Assembly (NCBI GenBank): GCA_964573245.1
Contig: CAZNJA010000003.1
Span: 1-45,615, forward strand
DNA: 45,615 nt
DNA from: an uncultured bacterium
GTDB lineage: Bacteria; CAIJMQ01
Direction: 5' to 3'
Part shown: one piece after another, positions 37,452 through 44,722 of the stretch
Position numbering within the stretch: position 1 is the first letter of the stretch
Layout: each line of letters begins with the position of its first letter
The notes under the pieces: generated by a model
Seen by the model: the letters and a program-made list of their open reading frames with translations, nothing else
Told to the model about the DNA's origin: nothing
The model's database searches: none
Position numbers and translations under genes: made by a program

Positions 37452-39558
37452 GCTCCAACATAACATGAAACCTGTATCCCATGAACACAGCAATACCACC
37501 GACAAACCACAAAGCAAATATCAAACAATTTCTAACGGGGTGAACCCCAAACAAAAGAACAAACAGAGTAAAAGCCTTCTTCTTTCCTGGCAGGGAGCGC
37601 TTTCTTTACTCATTTTGCTCTGGGCCGCCCTGCTGCTAAAAGGCATATTGGCTTCAAACAACAATGAAATTTTTGCGTCTTTATGGCTGCAGTTTTTCTA
37701 CATAATCTGGCACATATTCGCTCTCATATTATTAGTTTTTCTTTGTTGGGGATTAGGCAGGAAAATCTCTAAAGGTTTAAAAATCTCTTATTCGGCTCTT
37801 TCGGAAGAATTTCCTTTTGCAACTTCGTTAGGATTAGGCGCTCTTTCCCTTATCATACTTATTCTGGGAGCAATAAAACTTTTCCATCCCACGGCAGTAT
37901 ACATAATAACTCTTGTTGTTCTTATATTAGTAATCGGGGAACTAAAAGAAATCACCTGCCACATCCGTAAATCCTGGGAAAAAACAAAAGACATCAAGTT
38001 AGATGTCATATCAACTATAACTTTGTGCTTAATAGGATTGACAGCCTTAATACTTTTAACCGGGGCTTTTACTCCGCCCATCTCTTATGACGGGCTTGCT
38101 TATCATTTGGGCGTGCCAAAAACTTATATCAACGAATACGGCATTGTTTCCCTGCCTTATCATGTTTATTCAAATTTTCCTTTCAATATGGAAATGCTTT
38201 ATGCCTATTCCATTCTTCTTACAGGTAATGAAATTCTCGCAAAAATGCTCCATTTTTTGGCAGCTATACTGATATGTTTTGCGCTTTATTCTTTCGGGAA
38301 AAAATATTTCGACCAAAAGATCGGCATTTTATCAGCAGCAATATTCATAAACATTCCACTCGTAGGCCAACTGTCCGCGACTTGTTATAACGATTTGGGG
38401 CTGGCATTATTTATGGTTTTATCAGTATTCGCCTTTATAAACTGGCTTTCGTCCCCCGGCAAAGAAAAGTCCGGTTGGCTGCTTTTGTGCGGTATTTTGA
38501 CAGGACTTGCCCTGGGAACGAAATATTTTGCCATTACATTCCTGTTTATATTTCTTATCCCGGCCATTGGAATTGCGAGCATATTATCCCCGGACTCAAA
38601 ACGCAGAACTTTTTGCCTAACCAAAAATTTAATATTATTTGCGGGTTCGGCTTTTTGCGTATTCCTGCCCTGGATGCTGAAAAACCTAATTATTACGGGA
38701 AATCCGGTTTTTCCCTTCGTTTACCCCATATTAGGAGGCGGAAATTGGACAACAGCCCATTACCAAAGATTCCTAAACGTGCATTTGCCCAATATATTTA
38801 CATTCAAAGAATTTTTCCTCCAATTATGGAAACTTCTCTCAAACCACATGTTCGGCTCATCTTTTGCTTTTGTCCTGCCTCTTCTTTTTATCCTGAAAAA
38901 AATAGACTCAAAAATAAAAATTCTGCTTATCTACGCCTCATACTATTATCTGATATGGTTTTTCTTTACACACAGGGTAGATAGATTTATCATGCCCATA
39001 TACGTCTTTCTATCACTCATAGTCGCATACACCTTGTTCCATCTGCCCAAGATATTAAGAACATTTGCAGGGAGCCTGTTAACAATATTTATTGCTTTCA
39101 ATCTGTTTACCCTTATGGTTATCGCAGAAAACAGCGACTTTGCAAAAGCATTTACCAGCATAAAGAGCAAGGAAACGTATTTGGAAGAAAATTTATATTA
39201 TTATCCCGCGATAAAATACATCAATGAAAAACTGCCGCATTCGAGTAAAATCCTTTTTGTGGGAGATAACCAGACTTATTATTGCGAAAAACCGCTTGTT
39301 TCGAATTCGCCTCTGGACAAAAACATAATAGTGGAAACAGTCCGCAACTCAAAAAACGGCGAGGATGTAAAAAACAAATTGAAAACCATGGGAATAACGC
39401 ATATTTATTACAACAGTTCGGAAGTTAAAAGAACACAGGATACGTACCGCAGTTTTGACTGGAGCGACAAAGAAGAATATACTTTTATTGATTTCATAGA
39501 AAATTACACGCAAAAAATATTTGAGAAAAACGGATGTATTATATTCGAAATAAAATAA
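37432..39558 (+). CDS. polytopic GT-C-type (ArnT/PMT-like) glycosyltransferase
   Basis: many TMs, YD...YHL..PK, G...G.A...KY, PW..KN...TGNP.FP. Confidence 0.75.
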   Translation: MNPVRNRLQHNMKPVSHEHSNTTDKPQSKYQTISNGVNPKQKNKQSKSLLLSWQGALSLLILLWAALLLKGILASNNNEIFASLWLQFFYIIWHIFALILLVFLCWGLGRKISKGLKISYSALSEEFPFATSLGLGALSLIILILGAIKLFHPTAVYIITLVVLILVIGELKEITCHIRKSWEKTKDIKLDVISTITLCLIGLTALILLTGAFTPPISYDGLAYHLGVPKTYINEYGIVSLPYHVYSNFPFNMEMLYAYSILLTGNEILAKMLHFLAAILICFALYSFGKKYFDQKIGILSAAIFINIPLVGQLSATCYNDLGLALFMVLSVFAFINWLSSPGKEKSGWLLLCGILTGLALGTKYFAITFLFIFLIPAIGIASILSPDSKRRTFCLTKNLILFAGSAFCVFLPWMLKNLIITGNPVFPFVYPILGGGNWTTAHYQRFLNVHLPNIFTFKEFFLQLWKLLSNHMFGSSFAFVLPLLFILKKIDSKIKILLIYASYYYLIWFFFTHRVDRFIMPIYVFLSLIVAYTLFHLPKILRTFAGSLLTIFIAFNLFTLMVIAENSDFAKAFTSIKSKETYLEENLYYYPAIKYINEKLPHSSKILFVGDNQTYYCEKPLVSNSPLDKNIIVETVRNSKNGEDVKNKLKTMGITHIYYNSSEVKRTQDTYRSFDWSDKEEYTFIDFIENYTQKIFEKNGCIIFEIK
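37437..37540. mobile_element. family A TIR element (104 nt) at the ferredoxin/GT-C junction
   Basis: CCCCGTAAGAAAT...ATTTCTAACGGGG, TGAA on both flanks; encodes PVRN...ISNG. Confidence 0.85.
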
Positions 39559-39567
39559 TTAAATAAT

Positions 39568-39666
39568 GATTACACTCCTGCCCACTTCGCAGGGAAGCAA
39601 GCAGGTGGGGATTAAAGATTTACTTTTCTAATCTGTGTAATCTGGTATCTGTTAATCTGCGTAATC
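39568..39666. repeat. family B cluster with a 33-nt family C insert (39577-39609)
   Basis: GATTACACT[insert]GATT, AATCTGTGTAATC 39630, AATCTGCGTAATC 39654. Confidence 0.85.
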
Positions 39667-39667
39667 A

Positions 39668-40732
39668 ATGTCTTATATGAAAAACAAAGTCCTGATTTCG
39701 GGTAACGAAGCGCTGGCTGAAGCCTCTATTCAAGCGGGGTGCAAAGCGTATTTTGGATACCCAATAACGCCGCAAAACGAAATAACCGCCTACATGTCCA
39801 GACGAATGTCCGAAGAAAACAGAGTATTTATTCAAGCAGAAAGCGAACTTGCCGCCATAAATATGGTTCTGGGCGCATCGGCTTCCGGCGTAAGGACAAT
39901 GACGACTTCTTCGTCTCCGGGAATATCTTTGATGCAGGAAGCAATATCCTATATGGCAGGAGACGAACTTCCGTGCGTAGTAGTCAATATCGCTCGCGGA
40001 GGTCCCGGGCTCGGCAATATCGCGGGTTCACAAAGCGATTACTTCCAATCCGTAAAAGGAGGCGGGCATGGCGATTATAAACTTATCGTAATTGCCCCTT
40101 CTACCGTCCAAGAGATGGCAGACCTAACTTTTACCGCCTTTGATTCAGCGGACAAATACAGAACACCCGTAATAATTCTTGCCGACGGATATTTAGGACA
40201 AATGATGGAGCCTGCCATAATCACGACAGAAAGAAAAATACCCGTTACAATTAAAAATTGGGCTTTAACAGGAGCAAAAAACAGAAAGCAAAACGTAATA
40301 CATAGCATGTATTTGGCAGAGGGAGGATTAGAAGCGCATAACCAAAAATTGCAAGAGAAATTTCAAAAAATAAAGAAAGAACTCTGCCTTGTGGAAGAAA
40401 TCTCAACCGAAGATGCACAGATAATATTGGTCGCTTACGGAACCGTTTCTCGTATCTGCAAAAACGTTTTGAAGAAATTAAGAGCAAAAAACATAAAAGT
40501 AGGGCTTATAAGGCCAATCACTCTTTGCCCCTTCCCCGAACAGATAATTAAAAAAGCCGCGTCAAATGCCAAGTTTTTCCTAACTGTCGAAATGAGCGTA
40601 GGGCAAATGGTAGAAGATGTAAAACTATCCGTAGAAGGCAAAGCACCTGTTTATTTCTACGGAAGAACAGCCGGAGGGGTTCCGGAAGAAGAAAAAATAA
40701 TCGAAATCATCAAGTCAAAATTACGAACCTAA
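39668..40732 (+). CDS. vorB: 2-oxoacid:ferredoxin oxidoreductase alpha subunit (VorB-like)
   Basis: GNEA, GYPITPQ, QAESE, SSSPG, RGGPGLG, KGGGHGDY. Confidence 0.9.
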   Translation: MSYMKNKVLISGNEALAEASIQAGCKAYFGYPITPQNEITAYMSRRMSEENRVFIQAESELAAINMVLGASASGVRTMTTSSSPGISLMQEAISYMAGDELPCVVVNIARGGPGLGNIAGSQSDYFQSVKGGGHGDYKLIVIAPSTVQEMADLTFTAFDSADKYRTPVIILADGYLGQMMEPAIITTERKIPVTIKNWALTGAKNRKQNVIHSMYLAEGGLEAHNQKLQEKFQKIKKELCLVEEISTEDAQIILVAYGTVSRICKNVLKKLRAKNIKVGLIRPITLCPFPEQIIKKAASNAKFFLTVEMSVGQMVEDVKLSVEGKAPVYFYGRTAGGVPEEEKIIEIIKSKLRT

Positions 40733-40739
40733 ACAAAAT

Positions 40740-41480
40740 ATGAAAAAGAACTTTGTGCTGCCGGATTCAATGAAGAATGCTACCACACATTACTGCCCTG
40801 GGTGCGGACACGGCATCGTTCACAGAATCATTGCCGAAGTAATTGACGAGTTGAAGATAAAAGAAATAACCATAGGTATAGCGCCTGTGGGATGCGCAGT
40901 CCTTGCATACGACTATATCGATGTAGATATGGCTGAAGCGCCCCACGGAAGAACTCCCGCAGTTGCTACAGGCATAAAACGAGTCCAACCAGACAAAATC
41001 GTTTTCACCTATCAGGGCGACGGCGATTTAGCCGCAATAGGCACAGGCGAAATAATACATACAGCACTAAGAGGCGAAAATATAACCACAATATTCGTAA
41101 ACAACGCCGTTTACGGCATGACAGGCGGACAAATGGCTCCAACGACTCTCATCAAACAAAAAACACAAACCACTCCCTTAGGAAGAGACCCAAGTTGCGC
41201 AGGCTTTCCCTTTAACGTTCCCGAAGTGCTCAAACCGTTGGCAGGCACGGCTTATTTGGCGCGAGGAACAGTGATTTCTCCCAAAAACATAATAATGTTG
41301 AAAAAATACATTAAAAAAGCTTTCGGCGTCCAGATGAAAAACGGGGGTTTTTCCCTGGTGGAAGTTCTATCCCCGTGCCCCATCAATTTAAGATTAGAAC
41401 CGATAGAAGCCTATAAATGGGTTGAAGAAAACATGGTTCCCTATTATCCGCTGGGGGAAATTAAAGACGAAACAAAATGA
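40740..41480 (+). CDS. 2-oxoacid:ferredoxin oxidoreductase beta subunit (TPP-binding)
   Basis: YCPGCGHG, YQGDGD, NN.VYGMTGGQ.APT, S.CP. Confidence 0.93.
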   Translation: MKKNFVLPDSMKNATTHYCPGCGHGIVHRIIAEVIDELKIKEITIGIAPVGCAVLAYDYIDVDMAEAPHGRTPAVATGIKRVQPDKIVFTYQGDGDLAAIGTGEIIHTALRGENITTIFVNNAVYGMTGGQMAPTTLIKQKTQTTPLGRDPSCAGFPFNVPEVLKPLAGTAYLARGTVISPKNIIMLKKYIKKAFGVQMKNGGFSLVEVLSPCPINLRLEPIEAYKWVEENMVPYYPLGEIKDETK

Positions 41481-41567
41481 TTACGCAGATTAACAACTAT
41501 AAATTACACAGATTAGAAAACAATAAATCTTTAATCAGTGTAATCGTTTTCAAAAATCCGTGTAATC
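41479..41567. repeat. complete family B cluster (2 direct + 2 inverted 13-mers)
   Basis: GATTACGCAGATT 41479, AATTACACAGATT 41502, AATCAGTGTAATC 41533, AATCCGTGTAATC 41555. Confidence 0.88.
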
Positions 41568-41577
41568 ACTTATTAAC

Positions 41578-42120
41578 ATGAGAGAAGAAATAATTTTTGC
41601 AGGGTCCGGCGGACAGGGTATTGTGACAATGGGCAAGGTCCTGGCTTGGGCAGGCCTAAAAGAGAATAAATTCGTTACATATATTCCCTCATACGGCGCG
41701 GAAATGCGCGGCGGAACCGCAAACTGTTCGGTTATCGTTTCGGACAGCGAAATCGCCTCCGCATTAATCGAAATCCCAACCGCCCTCATAACTATGAATA
41801 ATGCTTCGCTTAACAAATTCGAACAAAAACTAATCAAAAACGGACTTCTTGTAATCAATTCATCGCTTGTGGACAGAAAACCTTCCAGAACAGATATCCA
41901 AATACTCTACGTTCCCGCAACCAAAACAGCGGAAGAAATAGGTCAAATAAAAACGGCAAACATGGTGGCTTTGGGCGCTTACATAGCCAAAAGCAAAATC
42001 ATTTCCCGTGAAAGACTGGAAGAATCCTTAAGCAGTGTTTTCCCAAAAGCGACAAAAGAAATTTTAGACATAAATATCCAAGCACTGAAAAAAGGGGAAG
42101 AAATTGGTTCATCCCGTTAG
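41578..42120 (+). CDS. 2-oxoacid:ferredoxin oxidoreductase gamma subunit
   Basis: AGSGGQG, PSYGAEMRGG, NMVALGA. Confidence 0.93.
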   Translation: MREEIIFAGSGGQGIVTMGKVLAWAGLKENKFVTYIPSYGAEMRGGTANCSVIVSDSEIASALIEIPTALITMNNASLNKFEQKLIKNGLLVINSSLVDRKPSRTDIQILYVPATKTAEEIGQIKTANMVALGAYIAKSKIISRERLEESLSSVFPKATKEILDINIQALKKGEEIGSSR

Positions 42121-43165
42121 AAATAAGATGAAAAAAATATCCCTTTCCCGTAATAATACCATCAATATTTCTAACGGGGTAAAAAGAACCAACCATAAAG
42201 GATTATTGAATATCATTGCCAATTTCAAAAAAGGCTCGGTTCTTGTAATCGGCGACTTGATGCTCGATGAATTCCTTTTCGGGAAAATAGAAAGAATCTC
42301 CCCCGAAGCGCCTGTGCCTGTGGTAAAAATAAAAAACGGCGAAAGAAAACTTTCATTGGGCGGAGCCGCAAACGTTGCATACAACATCAAAACACTCGGG
42401 GTAAAACCGCTTCTTGCAGGAGTTATCGGCAACGACCTGCAGGGAAAAGAACTGCTGAAACTAATGAAAAATTCCGCCCTTGACACAAGCGGAATAATAA
42501 CCGAAAACAAAAGGCCCACCACACACAAATTAAGAGCCATCGCCCACTCGCAGCAAGTGATAAGATTAGACAAAGAAACAAACGAAGAAATCTCGCCCTC
42601 ATTAGGCAAAAAAATAACGGACTACATAAAAAAACATATCCCAAAAGTAAACTGCGTCGTAATATCCGATTACGGCAAGGGCTTATTGACCGGGAAACTA
42701 TTAAGCGAAATTTTCAAAATTGCAAAAAATTCCAAAACCAAAGTCCTTGTTGACCCTACATTGAAAAATATGATGCATTACCGCGGCGCCTACCTGATAA
42801 AACCAAACTTAAAAGAAGCATTGCAAATACTGGCTAAAACAAAAGATATATCAAGAAACCAAATAGCGCGCGAACTTAAAAAACGATTGGGATGCGAAAA
42901 CATACTGCTCACCTGCGGAGAAGAAGGAATGATACTACTTCAAAAAAATCAGGCAACGGATATCCCGTCGTTAGAAAAAGAAATTAACGATGTAACAGGC
43001 GCAGGCGACACGGTAATCGCAACAGTCGCGCTGGCGCTTTCCGCAGGCGCTTCATTAAAAGAATCCGCCGTCCTTTCCAACCTCACCGCAGGCATAGTAG
43101 TCAGCAAACTCGGCACTGCGGCAGTAACACAAAAAGAACTGGCGGAAATAATAACAAAGTCATAA
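42104..43165 (+). CDS. rfaE1: D-glycero-beta-D-manno-heptose-7-phosphate kinase (start may be ATG 42128)
   Basis: GD.MLD, RISPEAPVPV, GGAANVA, SDYGKG, DVTGAGDTV. Confidence 0.93.
   Translation: MVHPVRNKMKKISLSRNNTINISNGVKRTNHKGLLNIIANFKKGSVLVIGDLMLDEFLFGKIERISPEAPVPVVKIKNGERKLSLGGAANVAYNIKTLGVKPLLAGVIGNDLQGKELLKLMKNSALDTSGIITENKRPTTHKLRAIAHSQQVIRLDKETNEEISPSLGKKITDYIKKHIPKVNCVVISDYGKGLLTGKLLSEIFKIAKNSKTKVLVDPTLKNMMHYRGAYLIKPNLKEALQILAKTKDISRNQIARELKKRLGCENILLTCGEEGMILLQKNQATDIPSLEKEINDVTGAGDTVIATVALALSAGASLKESAVLSNLTAGIVVSKLGTAAVTQKELAEIITKS
42112..42179. mobile_element. family A TIR element (68 nt) at the gamma subunit/rfaE junction
   Basis: TCCCGTTAGAAATA...TATTTCTAACGGGG; supplies the TAG of the upstream gene. 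Confidence 0.85.
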
Positions 43166-43255
43166 CTTAAGACTGTCCCCGCCTTAAAACCTTTCATCCA
43201 CGGTTGCGCTTAGTCACACAGGAGAATATAATATAAAATCGGAGAAGGAGGAAAT

Positions 43256-43840
43256 ATGAAAAATTCCAAGAATTTATTATTATATTCGCTTATCGGCTTG
43301 CTTGCTCTGGGCATTATAGCAAGCGACATAGCCGTTATCTTGAAAAACAAAGCCCTGCAAAGTTCCGTCTCTTCCCTGTCCGAACTAACAGAACAATACG
43401 ACTCGCTCAATCAGACATATAACGACCTGTTAAAAGAACGCGTTTCCGCCTCAGGCAAACAACAACCCGAAGAAACCGCAAAACAACCCACACAACGAGA
43501 ATTCAAAGAGATGAGAACGACCATAAGAGAAAAAACCTTTGACACCCTTGATAAGCGCATAAGCCAGGCAAAAACAGAATACGAAATCGGCTTATTCAAC
43601 GAGATGAAACAAAGATATTCCAACATATTCGACCTAAGCGAAAAATTCAGGTCCGCAGAAGGCGAAGAAAAAACCGCAATAAGAAACTCAATCGCAGAAG
43701 AATGGATTAGTCTGGGCGAGTTATACGCCAAATACAACGACTACCAATGGACATCGCTCGCCGAAGAATTCGGCATAGCGGATACCGAAGCATTCATGGA
43801 GCGCGCCGAAGAAATACAGGCAGGCTTTAGCGATAAATAA
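43256..43840 (+). CDS. hypothetical membrane-anchored coiled-coil protein
   Basis: AAGGAGG SD, N-terminal TM, helical charged remainder. Confidence 0.75.
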   Translation: MKNSKNLLLYSLIGLLALGIIASDIAVILKNKALQSSVSSLSELTEQYDSLNQTYNDLLKERVSASGKQQPEETAKQPTQREFKEMRTTIREKTFDTLDKRISQAKTEYEIGLFNEMKQRYSNIFDLSEKFRSAEGEEKTAIRNSIAEEWISLGELYAKYNDYQWTSLAEEFGIADTEAFMERAEEIQAGFSDK

Positions 43841-43844
43841 GGAC

Positions 43845-43879
43845 TAAGTTATAAGTCTTAAGCAGTAAGTATTAAGTTA
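43845..43879. repeat. TAAGNNN heptamer array
   Basis: TAAGTTA TAAGTCT TAAGCAG TAAGTAT TAAGTTA. Confidence 0.75.
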
Positions 43880-43925
43880 AAAACAAAAACTTACAACTAT
43901 CATACTCTCGCCCAGTTGCCGGCAG

Positions 43926-43954
43926 TTGACAATAAAATATCACTTGGATACACT
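43926..43954 (+). promoter_or_regulatory. sigma70-type promoter
   Basis: TTGACA-N17-TACACT, followed by an AGGAG SD. Confidence 0.75.
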
Positions 43955-43976
43955 TTTAAAATAGGAGATGCATTCA

Positions 43977-44102
43977 ATGGGAACTACTTTAGAAAAAACA
44001 GAAGAAGATTTTACCGCAGAAGAACTTGTTTTAATTTCCCAAGCAAGCGAATCTTTCAATAAAAGTGAGGGTATCAACTGGAAGGATGTAAAACGTGACT
44101 AA
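43977..44102 (+). CDS. 41-aa acidic miniprotein, antitoxin-like
   Basis: promoter plus SD; MGTTLEKTEEDFTAEELVLISQASESFNKSEGINWKDVKRD. Confidence 0.6.
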   Translation: MGTTLEKTEEDFTAEELVLISQASESFNKSEGINWKDVKRD

Positions 44103-44241
44103 TAAAGAAAAAGATAATATATATATCAAAGGTTACCAAAAGACACCCGAAAAAGTTAAGATAGCAGACGTGTCCGCAAAGTTAGCTTCAAAAGTATTAA
44201 ATAAAGAAAACTGGTCACAACATTATCTTCCGAAAAAATGA
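44095..44241 (+). CDS. 48-aa miniprotein resembling an antitoxin C-terminal region
   Basis: GTG start overlapping the upstream gene end; YIKGYQKTPE...ASKVLNKENW. Confidence 0.5.
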   Translation: MTNKEKDNIYIKGYQKTPEKVKIADVSAKLASKVLNKENWSQHYLPKK

Positions 44242-44313
44242 CAATAGCAGACAAAGCAATAAAGTTTGCGTTAAATATATAGTTAACTTATAGCTTATAG
44301 CTGATAAAAAACT

Positions 44314-44538
44314 ATGAGGAAATTTTTTACAATACTCGGTATATTATTTTTAATCTCTCTTACCGTAACCATATTAACAGGAAATCTCACCTGGGAAGAC
44401 GCAAAAGATACGGGCAAAACCGTTAAAGAATCCTTCATAAAAGTCTCCAAAACCGCCGGCGAAACCGCCGTTAAAGTCAAAGACTTCGTTGCAGAAAAAA
44501 TACAAGAGATAAAAGAGAAACGCGGGAAAGAAAAATAA
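44314..44538 (+). CDS. small membrane-anchored hypothetical protein
   Basis: 74 aa, N-terminal TM, amphipathic K/E-rich tail. Confidence 0.6.
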   Translation: MRKFFTILGILFLISLTVTILTGNLTWEDAKDTGKTVKESFIKVSKTAGETAVKVKDFVAEKIQEIKEKRGKEK

Positions 44539-44569
44539 CCCGGCTTTAAGCTGTAAGCCTGAAAACCGC

Positions 44570-44654
44570 AGTTATCAGTTCCTACGAGTATCTAGTATCA
44601 AGCATCTAGTATCTATCTTCTCTCATCCCTCGTCCGTCGTCGTAGTTATCAGTT
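44570..44654. repeat. heptamer array bracketed by an 11-bp direct repeat
   Basis: AGTATCT AGTATCA AGCATCT AGTATCT (44587-44614); AGTTATCAGTT at 44570 and 44644. Confidence 0.7.
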
Positions 44655-44722
44655 GCGATTAGTTATGTGCGGGAATATAATAGGGGGAAATTGATTCTAA
44701 ATTCTCAAACGAGGCTTTTCGA

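Noticed and set aside
781-43737. Numerous 60-230 aa ORFs overlapping identified genes
   Set aside because: Antisense or out-of-frame shadows of well-supported CDSs, with no motifs.
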